A DNA stretch of 63,837 nt, filler included, from Olpidium bornovanus S191 (GCA_017911155.1; 26 parts of 26 records of this genome joined end to end with filler, not necessarily neighbours in it); one strand, 5' to 3'; positions 1 through 12,265 are shown, counted from the whole stretch's first letter. The notes: generated from the sequence alone by a model not told the origin. Program-made: numbers and translations.

Positions 1-354
1 CATGTAGACAGAAAAATTTGGGCCGCCTGGCGGAAGCAGGAATCCTGATGGCGGCCCAATCAGCAAGGAATCCAGACCGTCGGATAGGAGATTTTAAGCC
101 GCCGCTTAGGGCACGTGAAATCCCGGGTCAGCGTCCGCGCAGCAGCGTCAGGGTCGGCGCGCGCAATCAAATCCAAGGGGAGGGAGGCGAGAAGAGACGG
201 CGCGGCGGACGAGGTGAGGAGGGGAGGAGGAGGGAGGAGGAGAAAAGCGGAAACAATTTCATTTCATTTTATTTTATTTTATTTTTTTTTTTGTAACACA
301 ACAACAACAACGACGGCAACAACCCCCCACCCCCACTTCTCCTACCGTTTCGCG

Positions 355-386
<32 letters not shown>

Positions 387-477
387 GTTTTTTTCCCCCC
401 TTCCCTTCCCTTCCGCGCTGGTCCCAAACCCAACCCCAACCCCCCCTGCCGCACAACCCCCGACCGCCCGCGCAGCA

Positions 478-3032
478 ATGGCGGACGCCCAGGACGCGGC
501 GGGCCCCTCGCGTCCCATCTCTGCCGCCGCGGCCGTGGCCGCCGCCGAGTCGTCCGCCGCTTACCTCCTCTTTTACCTCGCCTCCGTCGTGCTGGCGATC
601 CTCGTCGGCCTCCTCTACGCCAGGAAGGTGAATAACAATAATGATAAAAAGAATAATAGTACGGTAACGTCCCTCCTCCCGCCGCCGCCACCGCCGCCCG
701 AAGAAAAAGAAGAAGAAGAAGAAGAAGAAGAAGAAGGAACAGAGGAACGGGAAGAGGAGGAAGGAGAGGTGGAGGAGAGCGGGAAGGGGGACGGGCGCAA
801 CCGCGAAGAGGGCGAGGAGGACGACGAGGAGGAGAAGGAGGCGGTTTCTCCTATGCGGTGGCTCCCGCAGCAGCCGCAGCCGCAGCCGCGTCCGCCGCCC
901 CACCTCGTTTTCCCGTCCGTCGTTTGCGGGAGAGCCCACCCGTTCCCGCCGCAGTTTTCCCTCCTTTCCGCGTCGATCCTGCCGTTCTGCGCGGTGTTCA
1001 CTGAGAGCAGTCCGCCCCGGTCGCACCAACTCGCTGTTCGGTTCGAGCAGAACTCCGTCGTCCTCGCCCTGGACGCGTACGTGCACGGGAGGCTCCCGAC
1101 GTTCTCTCTGTTTCTCTCGAGCGACGGCGGCTACCGGATCCTGAGGACTGCTCGCCTGCCGCCGAACGGCGGTACTGTTGTTGTGCGGGCCGCCGGTTCG
1201 GAAAAGGGCCTGCCGCAGCCCGCTCCGGAGAAGGACCGGAGCACCAGGAACCTTTTCGACGGACCCCGCATAAAAACGTCGTCCGACTGGCGGGAACGAG
1301 GCAAGTCGAGCGCCCGCTTCTCCCCCCCCCCTCCCCTTTGGCCCCTGCGGTGCCCTCGCGTCGTAAAAAGTCGGTCGCTGACCTCCTTCTGGCCTCGCCC
1401 CCCGTTGGTCCCGGGCGTCTCGTCCTTTTTGGCCGTCTTGCAGGCAACCTTCCACTCGCGCCGTCGGCTCCCCTCGACGAACCCGCCGATAACGTCACTT
1501 CGCGAGCAGGCGTGGCTCCGCGCTTCGCCGATTTTGAAATAGAGGAGCCCCTACGCCGGACGCATGGGGAAAGCCCTCGTGCGGAGGTCGAACGGCCAGA
1601 TCCGAGCGAAATTGCGGAGGTCCCCGAGCCCGCCGCCGGTTCGAGCAAATCGGATCCGCGGCCGTCGCCGGACATCGACGCGCCGCGGAGGACGCCAGAG
1701 AACGGACAGGCCGACGGAGGCGCGCTTTCTGCCGCGGGCGATGGCACCGTGGGGCGAGAGTGCAGGACTCGCCGTCTCTCGATCCACTCCCACGCGGCGG
1801 GGTCGCGGTTGGCGGAAAGCGACAACGAGACGACGATTTCCGACGAGATGCATCCGAGCGCGCCGGTATCTCCTCAGACGCCGACTTCCGCTGCCGCGCC
1901 TTCTGCGTCTTCCGCGCTTCCCGGTGAAGCTGAGAACGCGAGCGCGACGCAAGCGAAGCGGCGCCGCAGGCGACACCGGAAACCGAAAGCCGCCCGGACC
2001 GCGCCTCCTGTGCCTCTCGCCGAGCACGACAACCAGTGGCCGCAGCGTCAAGCGTCGCCCGCATTATCGAAAGAGACGCCGTCGTGTCGGTCGACCCTGC
2101 CGCCGGCTTCCGCCACGGACTTGCCTACCCGGACTCCGGTGACTGCGGTCGCGCCGGTTTTGCACGGCGGGCGCCCCGCGCCCGAACACGCCGATTTTTG
2201 CCGAACGGCCGACCTGGACCACGTTCTCGCCGTCGCCCAGACTGCCGCGCGGCGGAACCTTCGTTCCGGGGAGCTGCGGCCTGCACCGGCAAACCTGGAA
2301 GGCGGAGTCAAGCATCCTGTCATCGAGACGTCCGTGGATAGGGTCAAAGGGCAATGGTCGCCGTTCGCTTCCGGGCTGAACATAAGCCTGGGTTCGGCGA
2401 ATTTGCCGCACCGCAGCGCCTATTCCGTGTTTTCGTCGACTCAAGAGCGTGATCCCCTAAACCCCCAGCACCGCTCCGTTTCCGGCGGCTCCTTTTTCCA
2501 CGAGGAAGCCGCTGCCCAGGAGATGCTGCGACCGTCTCTCTGCCAGCCGCCTCCGGGTTTTGAGGACGTCCAGGCTCCGCGCCGGCGTATCTGCGGCGTC
2601 TCCCCGCCCCCGCCGGTGCCTCCGATCGACGGCCGCCCGCTGCCTTTCGGAAACGTCCCGACGTTTACGTCCTCTCCTTACCGGTCCTCCGCGCTGAACC
2701 CGGCGGCCGCGATCGCCGCGCCGTTCGCCCTCCCGGCGCCCGGCGTCGGCTCACCGTTCATTCCGCGAGCCCCCGCGTTGCCCGGCCGGGCCGCCGCCGC
2801 GCCCCGCGACCCGTATCGCGCGGGCGGCCCCGCCGACACCTTCCTGCGCCACGTCTACCCTCCGGGCGGCTGCTGCGCGGAGCGCTCCGCGTGCGGCCAT
2901 CAGCGTTACGACGGGGGAGAGGCGCCGCCGATGGACGTCCGAGACCAGATGCAAGTAGCTCAACAGTTTTCGCTGTTCGACAGGCGACTATCGTTTTCGA
3001 GACCCTCGTCGTCGGCGGCGAGCAGGGGATGA
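478..3032 (+). CDS. Hypothetical single-pass membrane protein, low complexity, probably frameshifted in the C-run near 1321-1340
   Basis: ATG at 478, then hydrophobic AYLLFYLASVVLAILVGLLYA followed by RK, then poly-Pro and poly-Glu. A second long frame (1338-3032) begins where the first crosses a C homopolymer. No family recognised. Confidence 0.35.
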
Positions 3033-3272
3033 TGACCGACATTGTGTCGCGCCCTCCCCACCCCCCCCCGGACTTCTCGAGGATTCAAAAAAAAGAAGTT
3101 TTCGAGCGGAGGTCCGTGACATTTTTTTTTCCTTTCTTCACGCCCCTCGATCATGCCGTAAAGGTCGGGCTCACCTTCTTAGGTGAAAAGTCGGTGTTCG
3201 GGTGCGGGAGATCCTGCTTCTTGGGTTCCGGTGTGGTGCGTACGGAAATGAGTCGAAACGAAGAAGCTCAGG

Positions 3273-3372
3273 NNNNNNNNNNNNNNNNNNNNNNNNNNNN
3301 NNNNNNNNNNNNNNNNTTAATTAATTAANNNNNNNNNNNNNNNNNNNNNNNNNNNNNNNNNNNNNNNNNNNN
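3273..3372. other. Artificial scaffolding spacer (first of 25 identical ones)
   Basis: Exactly 44 N + TTAATTAATTAA (stops in all frames) + 44 N. Spacers start at 3273, 6010, 11248, 14068, 16244, 18851, 21439, 24284, 26393, 28686, 31089, 32705, 35125, 38719, 39948, 43195, 45330, 47561, 48993, 51274, 54773, 57020, 59313, 60575 and 62706. Confidence 0.99.
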
Positions 3373-3874
3373 AAAATAGAAACAGAGCCCGCAGTTTTTT
3401 TTTTTCGCCGTTTAATTTACGCGTTCTAGGCTGCAGGATGGGGTTCCCCCTGCTGTTGTGCAGGAGTATGGAGCTGTGAACACGCTCCGCGCGCGGAAAA
3501 TTCGCGCCGAAGGAGCAAGGATGGGGGATTAAGAAGTTATGGGGTAATTAATGTACAGTACACGGTTTCCCCCAGAGGAGAGGAGGGAGGGAGAAGGGGG
3601 AGGTGGTGACAGGGAGTTCTGTACCAGATGGAACATTCCGGCCCAAAACGCCGGATCCGAGAGCGGAAGCTCCGTCAGATCCGGATCGCTTTCGGCTGCC
3701 GCTTTGACGACATTCTAATTATCGCAAAGGCCAACAGGAGCAGCAGAGCAAACGCGACCACCGCGACCTGTGAAAAACAACAACAACAACAAAAAAAAAG
3801 AAGACAAGAAGCGCAGGGATGAGAACAAGGCGGGACCGACCGAGGCATCTCGGAGGATGCAGCCGAAAAAAAAC

Positions 3875-4768
3875 TCAGGGACCCGAAATTGAAAAACGAG
3901 AGAGGAAAAACGCAATCAAATTATCCAAATTTCCCCGCCGTTTCACCTGGTGGGGATAGTCGACCACGACGGCGCCGTCCTCCAAGGGGGCTGGTGCCGC
4001 GGTTCCGGCGGAGACCGGGGCGGCTCGCGGGACCAGTCTCGGCGCGATCTTCGAACTCGGGAAACCGTGGCGCGGGTCGCCGCCGAGGCTCCTCGGGGCG
4101 GAGGTTTCGAGCGGGCCCAGGACCGGCCCGCCTACGGTAAGCGTCATCGTCGTCGTCGCCGGAGGCGTTGGCGGGCGGCCGTTGACCGGCGGGCCGGGGC
4201 GGCCGGTCTCGAGCCCGCCGGACGTTGGGCGCGGGCCGCCCGCCGGAGGCGTGGGGGTGTAATCGGCGGCCGACGGGCCGGCGGCAGGGGCCGGGGACGG
4301 CGTCGGGGACCGCCGCGGGGGGCCCGGACGCCAGGGCGGGGCGCACACGCCCCCCGCGCACGTCCACGCCGAGTCCGCGCCGCCGCAGTCGGCGCGGGAG
4401 CCGCAGAACCCCCAGGCTCCGGAGTCGCAGCACGCCTCCGCTGCAAAGGCGGGCTCCCGGTCGGGGAACACCTTCGCGATGGGGCCGGCGCCGGGCGGGC
4501 AGGGCGGGCACGGGTGCTGGCAGTACGCCTCCCGGCAGACCAGCCCCGGGCCGCAGCGCAGCTCGTCCGGGGTGACGGAGTAGTTGGTCTGCGGCGGGTC
4601 CCGGCAGTTCGCCCCCGCGGGGAGGCTGGCCAGCAGCGCCGTGCGGAGGCAGCCGAAGGACCCGGCCGCGAAGAGCACGCAGTCGTGGCCGGGCATGCAC
4701 CGCAGGTTGCAGAACGGCTGCTGCTCCTCGCCGCCGCCGGGCAGGAGCGGCGCGGCGGGCTCGTCCAT
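3875..4768 (-). CDS. Cys-rich protein (16 Cys in the first ~145 aa) with a Pro/Thr/Ser-rich tail
   Basis: ORF of 297 aa with ordered Cys spacing (RCGPGLVCREAYC; FCGSRADCGGADSAWTCAGGVC) followed by a mucin-like PTPSPAP region. The 5' end abuts a low-quality G/C run, so an upstream exon may be missing. Confidence 0.5.
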   Translation of the reverse strand: MDEPAAPLLPGGGEEQQPFCNLRCMPGHDCVLFAAGSFGCLRTALLASLPAGANCRDPPQTNYSVTPDELRCGPGLVCREAYCQHPCPPCPPGAGPIAKVFPDREPAFAAEACCDSGAWGFCGSRADCGGADSAWTCAGGVCAPPWRPGPPRRSPTPSPAPAAGPSAADYTPTPPAGGPRPTSGGLETGRPGPPVNGRPPTPPATTTMTLTVGGPVLGPLETSAPRSLGGDPRHGFPSSKIAPRLVPRAAPVSAGTAAPAPLEDGAVVVDYPHQVKRRGNLDNLIAFFLSRFSISGP

Positions 4769-4795
4769 GATCTCTTTTGGGGAAGGGCGGGGAAA

Positions 4796-4830
<35 letters not shown>

Positions 4831-6144
4831 GGGGGGGGGGGGGGGGGGGGGGGGGGGGTAATTCGCCCGCCGTTCGGTTCTCCTCTCCCTCCCGTCTCCC
4901 GCACCCTGCGCGCCGCGCCTTCTTCTCTCTCTCAGCCCGGGCGCCCCTTTTCCCCCGTTCGTCCCTCCGCGGAAGTCTCTTCTCTGCCGGTCTCTGCTGC
5001 TGGTGCTGGCGGCTTTATGCGCGCTTTCCCGCGCGCCGGCCGCCGCCGCCCGCCTTCGGAACGTCGGCCGCCGTCGGTTATTATGCCGGGACGACGACGC
5101 ACGCGGGCGCCTTTTTCTTAGACGGGGCGCCGGCGTGCGGGGAGGGACGGAGGGGGGCGGCCGGGCGGAGGGAAAATTCCGGGGGGGGGGGGGGAATGCG
5201 CTCTCCATCTCTTTCCTCCTCAACTGCCACAACTCTCACACTACTCCACGACAATGTCGGTAGCGCCCCGCTCCCCCACTTCCCTCCTCCTCCTCCTCCG
5301 CGGCCCTGTTCGCGTCGCGGACTTGGCGAAAGACGCCAGAGCAGGAGAAAAACGTTGAGGGCGCCAACTAAAACCGGGGGCGGCGGCCTCGGCGAGCTCC
5401 GTTCCGCCCGAAGTTCCAAGAAACCCGGGAATTTTTAAAGATGCGGCAAAATCTTTTGCCCCCATGCAGGGCCAAGGTTGGTTATCTAACCAGGTCTTAG
5501 ATTAACCGATGTTCCGCAGACGCCGAAACGAGCCCTAGCAACGAAACGCGCGTTTGCCCATCTCCAAACTGTGGAAGGTGGCGCCGCGCTTGCGTCGGGC
5601 CCTCCGACGAACGACCGGTAAACACGAAGGGGCCCCACAGGAACGCAGAACTTCCGCCGCCGCCGCTTCTGCGCCGTATGCGTCCCTGCACGAATCGCGA
5701 AACCGCGGCCACGCTTGGCGCACGGCAGAAAGCGGGGGAGTAGGCGAGGGGATTGTTACCTGAAAAAAACAACGCGTTTCCGTCGGGCACTCCGTTTCCG
5801 GGCAGGTAAACGGAAACGCGATGGCGCAGAGGCCCAGGCAACGGGCAAGGAGCAACCGTCCCAGCCGGGGGTTGGTTCGCCGGGGAAGTACGAACGTCGG
5901 GCATAGCGGTTCCAGGTGTCCGCCCAGCACGCGTAACGTGGGGCCATCCACGCAGAAATCGACCCGGCAGCGAGCGACGTCGTTCCGCGAGGAGGCCGGC
6001 AGCGACATGNNNNNNNNNNNNNNNNNNNNNNNNNNNNNNNNNNNNNNNNNNNNTTAATTAATTAANNNNNNNNNNNNNNNNNNNNNNNNNNNNNNNNNNN
6101 NNNNNNNNNCATGCGTTTCCGGCTCCGGGAGAAGCTCTCGGTCC

Positions 6145-6558
6145 GTGTCTGGTTACACGTCCGGCTCCGACCACCGCCGTTCCGGACTGCACCGCGGTTC
6201 GGGCCGTTCCAACCAGTCCAGCGCTTCAGCCAAAGCCGGCTACGAGGACGATTTTGAGGCGGAAGACGCCGGGGAAGACGCGTACGCGGATGATTTCGAG
6301 GCGGCCACCGAGAGCGTGCGGGAGGAGAGCAAGGAGGTCCTCGAAGAGAATGGTGACGACGAAGAGGATGAATTGGAGGATGAGGGCACGACGACCATCA
6401 GCACGGATATAGGTTCTGGAAGCAGTGGGCATGGAGATGGGAGGGGTAATGGAGGAGGGGAAGGGGGCGGGGGAGGGGGAGGAACTGCTGGCGTCAGGAG
6501 AGTCAAGACCACGTTCCTGGACTCCAAAAGTCCGCCTCGAATTTGGCAGGCTGCGTGA
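6145..6558 (+). CDS. Acidic hypothetical protein fragment
   Basis: Open frame with YEDDFE and YADDFE motifs and a D/E tract near the contig start. No true ATG; boundaries uncertain. Confidence 0.25.
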   Translation: MSGYTSGSDHRRSGLHRGSGRSNQSSASAKAGYEDDFEAEDAGEDAYADDFEAATESVREESKEVLEENGDDEEDELEDEGTTTISTDIGSGSSGHGDGRGNGGGEGGGGGGGTAGVRRVKTTFLDSKSPPRIWQAA

Positions 6559-7330
6559 TGCAACAAATAGGTCCTCGTCGTTCGACAGGGGCGTATCCGC
6601 GAAGGAGTGAAAGTCACGTTCTGAGTTTTGGCGGCACTTTCGCAGTTTTCTCCACTCCGTGCGTTTGAGCTGAAATCGTTCCATGGCGACCACCGAATGG
6701 ATTCCTCGATTTGTTGCGTTCGCGATATCGAGACGAACGTCGCGGATACCGGGAGAACCCGAGTGCGAGAGAAGGTTTTGGCAGCCCTCGCAGGGCGTTT
6801 CCCTCTGGCATGCTCTCACGCCCAAATTTCCTATCCCGACGGAACGTTCGGTTGACATTCTGCCATCGGGGGTTGCGCCTGGCGTTATCCACAGTGTGTG
6901 ACAATCCAATTCTGCCTCTTTTACAGCTTATGAAGCCGCCATAGATTCAGCATCCATTGAGGACAGAGCAACGTTCCTTCGCATAATAATTCGAACTGAT
7001 CACCCAAAGACCCCCGTCACTGACCTAAGCAGTGTGTGGGCAGGCCCCGGCTGGCATTGGACTCTTATATGCCATGAGATGCACAGTATGGGCCCCTGAT
7101 GGCCCAGGTGCCGTCCCTATCTGTTTCGGGAAGGGTTCCCCATTGTTTGGTGCGAGTGCAATCCGCTCCCGGACTCCAGACGATATCCGCCAGGAAACGT
7201 TGGAGTGCGGCCATTATCCCTGCCAACGGACGTCCGGCGCCATCCAGCTGCAAAACTCTCCCCAACCACTGCCTTACAGCAACCCCTGAGGTTGGTACTT
7301 TGTTCCGCGTGAGGCAACCGTAGCGCGCTG

Positions 7331-8961
7331 TCAGCTGCGTTCGTCGAAGTTTCTCCGACCGCGGTCCCGTGCCGTTGCAGGGGGGGATCTGCTCCTCCTT
7401 CTCTTGAAGCCCCTCTCCTTCCGCTCGTCCGCTCGTCTCCCTCCGGCACCGCCGCCGCTGCTCGACGGTTCGAACACCATCTCGTACTGCTCGCCTCTTG
7501 TCCGGTCTGCTTGGCCTCTGTACCGCGACCGCTTCATAAGATTTGCCGATCCTCCGTAACCAGCTTGCTCCCTCCGTCCAGATATCCAGTTGGCGTGCAG
7601 CTTGCTGACTGATTGTGAGAAATCGACCTTGATGCGCCGCTCGTCGATAAGGCAGTTTTGCATCTGGGGAAACAAGGTGCTGCGGCGTGAGCGTCAAGTT
7701 CCGCCCAAGATTATTGGACAGGCCCAGACCAAATGGTCCTCGCACATCTCAATTACCTTAAAATAAGCCTAAGTCGCGTCGCACAAAATGAGAAGCGAAT
7801 TCGATACGTGCATAAGAGATGAAGAAAATGCCGCTGTCGGAAAAGAATAATTAAGTGACCAGGATGCCGCGGCGCGTTCCCCGTAATTTACCTCCTCACA
7901 CGCCTCCCTGTCCTCAAACTCCACGAACGCGTAGGACAGGGAATCCCCCGTCTTCTTGTCCCTGATGACCTCGCAGCTGTTAACGGTTCCAAACCGCGAA
8001 AAGATCAATTCGAGGTCCTCGTCTCTGGTGACGGGGTTGAGCTTGCACACGAAGAGGACGTTTTCCGGCGGCTTGATTTCGGCGAACGGGAGATCTCCGA
8101 CCATCTCGAGTGTGAGGGCCTGCGCCTTCGCCTCCTGGTCGCGAACCTCCCTCTCGATTTCCTCGGGCGGCCTGTCGTCCTCGATCTCCTCGTCTTCACC
8201 GATACGCAGCACGGAATCGAGAGCTTCCCGGGTAGGCTCTGGGGAACGCGACGGAACGCGCAGGCCCGGAGGATCCGGGAAGGGATCGTCGAGCACCACC
8301 GTGTGCCGGATGCGGACATCCTTGAGCGGGCGGCCGGCGTCGTCGCATATACAGTCGTTGATGCGAGCGAGGGTGTCCCACCCTTCGGCCAGATACCCGA
8401 ACGCGGTGTACTTGCCATCAAGGTAGTCCAAGTCGTCGGCAGTGGTGATGAAAAACTGCGAGCCGCTCACTCCCGTCGTGGACGCGTCCCCCGCCACCGC
8501 CATGCTCACAGTTCCCCTCCTCTTGTGCTTCAAGTGCGGCTTGACCTCCGCCGGGAAATACCGCCGCGACGGGCCCTCTATTATGCCGAATACGGATTCT
8601 CCTCCCTTCCCGGTCGCCTGCGATGCAGAAGAAGTCAATGGCATTCTTCCTATTCTGCCGCTTTCGCATGCGGTGCAACGCGCTCTCGGCGGCCCTCTGG
8701 CGTACCACGCCGTCACAATCCGGACCGGCGCGCTGTGGCCGCCAGCCGCCCCTCGTGTGGCACACCCTCCCAACTCCCAACCAGGCGTACCGTCGGGTCC
8801 CCAGTCTGCACCATGAAGTCCTTTTGCACGTTCCAGAACGGGCAAAAGTTGTAGTACTTGAGTTTGCACAATTTCAAGAAGTTGAGGCAAGTCTGCGGGC
8901 ACTCGTCCGTGTATAAGTCGATCACAATCTCCCCCGCAGAGGTCTCGAGCAGCACCGACAT
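7331..8961 (-). CDS. PPIL4: Cyclophilin-RRM peptidyl-prolyl isomerase PPIL4 (Cyp6/Rct1 type), complete, 4 exons, ~413 aa
   Basis: Exons 8961-8791, 8617-7892, 7768-7757 and 7663-7331, all GT..AG and phase 0. They give [20 protein letters not shown]|[34 protein letters not shown]|AYFK|[19 protein letters not shown], i.e. cyclophilin + RRM + basic tail. Confidence 0.96.
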
Positions 8962-10644
8962 GGCGGGCGGGCTCGCGGGCCTAAACCGTTTTCGGCGTTC
9001 GCCCCGCTACCGGCAGCGCGAGCACTTTGATCCGCGAGGTTTCGTCCAGGTAATTTGGGCAAGACGGTGTGCGGCGGCGGCGGCGGCGGCTGCGCTGAGG
9101 CTGGGTTGCTGCTGACGGCGGCGATTGCGTGACGCGGGCGCGGCGACGCACGCGGCGCTAGGCCAGCGCTCTTGCGAGGGAGAGCAGCAGCGGAGTCTGC
9201 GCTACCGGCTACGTCCGACGCCCCCCTTTCCCCCCCTTTTTTTTTTCAACAGTGAAGGGGGAAAGGGCGGCCAACGCCACCAAACCCGAGGCGCACCGAC
9301 AATCATCCGCCAAAAACAACACAGCTACACGTCAAACAATCCGTTTCCAAATTCCGTGCGTCCGTATGATTCCGAACAGGACATCCGTAGGCCGGCCCCC
9401 ATTAGAATGTCCGTGCGGCCGGTCGACTTGGCGGTAAATGTCAGACACCGTCCTGAAAGGGGACTTACCAAAAAACCCCCGACAACACGGCACCCTACCC
9501 CTTCCCCCGCAACCACGCGAAGTCCCAGCGTGTGCCACAACACGCTGTACTGGACAAACGAGCAGTTCGTCCGGCGGCACGAAGCTTTCATATTTGTTGC
9601 GGGTTTTCTTTTTCGCGCAAAATCTCTCTCGCTTCTCTACTTATTGTCTGCCAGGTGTGAGCGGTCTCTCCCGCGGAGAAGGCGTTCGGGAATTCGTGGG
9701 TGGGGAGGGGGCATTTGTTCATGCAGGTGTGATGCTTCCGTTGCATTTGAATGGAGTGAAAAGTTTCACTCGAAGCCGCACACACTGCGGTGTGTTGTGC
9801 GTGAGAGGTGTGCACCAAAAGGGTACTGCATACAGGCAGCAGTGCTAGCAAAGCTCTGAATGCGAGAACCACAAAACACAGTACGCGAGAAATGTTTTCA
9901 ATGCTGCTTGGGTTAGACCAATGTGAGCAAAAAAGATTCGTTCTTTTTTTCTAAGAAGGCGCCTCCGGCGCGTTCAGCGAGTTGGAAAAAGCTGTCCGCC
10001 CGAAGACCCCTTGTCACGACGAGAGTGAACGTGATCGCATGTAAAAGGTTTTAAATGGTACGAGAGCTTTGTGGGGTTTTTTGGGTTAATGCTTTGTGCG
10101 CGGCAGATTTTTTTCGTAGCGAATGTGCCGCCGGCAATGCAGAACTGGTGGGCATTATGACGATACGAACATAAACCAAGATACGCTTGGCGTCGTCTGG
10201 CTGCATCTCCATTAGCACATTGGTTATCGCCATTGCATTAACGATCTGGCCGAGACGCCGCAATCAGGCTGAAAGAAAGTCGCATGAAATTCTCTGGCGC
10301 GCAACGCAAAGCAAAATTGAAACCAATGGGCCAAGGTGCATACAGGCAGAGTACAATGGTGCCAACCCCTGGACCATCGCACTTCCCGCGCCCATGGTCC
10401 GGTTCCAAAAACCGGGGCAGTTTCCGGGAGTCACGCCAGCACCGAATGCCCAGCCGCATGGTTGGGGTACGCAACCCGCGATGGATCGTCGGAATTAGAT
10501 GTACAGGCGAAAGCCGTCATTTGGCCCCTGGCACTTTTGCTGAGTCAGCGAAAACCCTGTACGATTGATTCGGACGGGTCCGGTTTGTCGTTGCCAGTCG
10601 CGCGCGGACCCGTCGGCAGCAGCCACCCGAAACTCCCCAAGCGA

Positions 10645-10647
10645 TGG

Positions 10648-10687
<40 letters not shown>
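10645..10687. repeat. (GAT)n microsatellite
   Basis: About 13 near-perfect GAT units, seen directly. Confidence 0.9.
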
Positions 10688-10797
10688 ATGTCCCCGCCAC
10701 ACCACCCCCGCTCCCCTCCCCCCGGGCCCTGAAATACTTGCTATGTCGAGAAAAAAATTTTTTCTTTTAACTTCCCAACCCCACCACTCGAGAAAAT

Positions 10798-11117
10798 ATG
10801 GCGGAAAAGCTGAAGAGCGCCCGAAAGGCCGCGTGCCGCGCCGCCCCGGCCGCAAACGCACAACCGCCGCCCCAGCCGCCGCCGCCGACCGCCCGAGGCG
10901 GCGCCGGTCCCGCTTCGGGCGAGAGGCCGGGCAAGTCCGCCTTGGACTCGGTGGTGTCCAGGCTCGTCCGCGCGGCAATCGGAGCAGGCGAGGCGGACCA
11001 CATCGCCGACGACGACTTGGACAAGTACGTCGCGGACCTGGTGCTCAAGGAAGCCAAGGAGAAGAGCAAGCTTTTCCAGCAGGTCGGCACGAGAGCCTAC
11101 TTTCCGCACACCGGGCT
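10798..11117 (+). CDS. Conserved fungal hypothetical protein, first exon only (3' truncated)
   Basis: ATG at 10798. DDDLDKYVADLVLKEAKEKSKLFQQVGTRAY resembles, from recall, the N-terminal DDYVAxLLxKEA motif of a fungal family often auto-labelled splicing factor 38B-like. A GTGAGT donor follows at 11118. Confidence 0.4.
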
Positions 11118-11182
11118 GTGAGTGGGGTCCTCCTCCCCGGTTCCCTCGACTTTTTGCCCCGCGATCCCTTTTTGCCCGTCCT

Positions 11183-11247
<65 letters not shown>

Positions 11248-12052
11248 NNNNNNNNNNNNNNNNNNNNNNNNNNNNNNNNNNNNNNNNNNNNTTAATTAAT
11301 TAANNNNNNNNNNNNNNNNNNNNNNNNNNNNNNNNNNNNNNNNNNNNCGAAGAGGAGTTAATCGATCCGTTTCGCACCTCGCACAATCCCGATAAAACCT
11401 CGATCCGACCGTGAAAACCACCTTACGGGCCCGATCCCTCGTAATAGGGACTTTTCGACCTGTGACGGCCTTAGCCGGGTTTGAACCCACTCGAGATTTT
11501 TTCCCGATGAATTCGGCGGTCGATGTTACGCGTCAGGCCCCCCCCCCCCTCCCCCCACCCGGTGGTGTGACGATGTCGTTTCCAACCCGAACGCGAAAAG
11601 GTGAAGAACAAGTTTTTTTGGAGGGCGAAAACCGAAGAAACGGGGAGGGGAGGAGGAGGAGGAGAAAAAAAAAAAAAAAAAGGGGGGGGGGGGGGGGGGG
11701 GGGGAAAAAAAAAAAAAAAAAATCTGGGGGGGGGGGGGGGGGGGGGGAATTCGTGGTTCACGCGACGCGGGGGAGATTTTCCCTCCCTTCCCGGCCCGGC
11801 CCCTGCCGCGCGCGTGCAGGATGCAAAACGCGGGGATCTCCGGGGACTTTTGCTTGCGCCCAGACCCCGAGCGCCGGAAGTTCAATCGCGGACGCGGGTT
11901 GGCGATCCAGAATATCTTGCCCCGACCGACCCGGAGACCACGTTAAGGCCCTTCTTCAGTTCGGAAAAAGGATGTAGTTCGGGGGGATGTGCCCGGGAAT
12001 TCGGCGAAAACGCCTTTCGTGATTTTGGGTTATAGAGAGAAGTAGAGCCCTC

Positions 12053-12265
12053 TGTTGAAGCCGAGCCGAAGGAGAAGGCGAAGACGGCGCCGCGGGTCCG
12101 CGAGAACGGGGCGAAAAAAAGGGGAGAACTTTATTCTGTGGGGCGGGGCATTTGTCTGCTAGTTTCCGCTGGCCCTATTTTATATGACGGGAGCTAGAGG
12201 CTCTACAAAGGGGCAACGCGTGCGCGCAGCGCGTCTTCGCCCCTGGTTCCCCTTTATTTCTAACA
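12053..12265 (-). mobile_element. Ty1/copia 3' LTR, 213 bp
   Basis: Termini TGTT..AACA. In element orientation it is preceded by the purine tract GTGAGGCGGGG (12276-12266) and contains TATAAAA (12184-12178), then AATAAA (12135-12130). It lies directly downstream of RNase H. Confidence 0.8.

Noticed and set aside
4790-4860. Long G/C and A/T homopolymers (also near 11190, 15910, 31190, 35020, 39820, 48780) as G-quadruplex elements or poly-Pro/Gly/Lys/Phe proteins
   Set aside because: They cluster at contig ends and are flanked by smeared, stuttered sequence, which fits sequencing or consensus artefacts. Their lengths cannot be trusted.
9125-10650. Short ORFs between PPIL4 and the 10798 gene
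   Set aside because: No recognisable motifs and no consistent splice chain; probably promoter, UTR or intergenic sequence.
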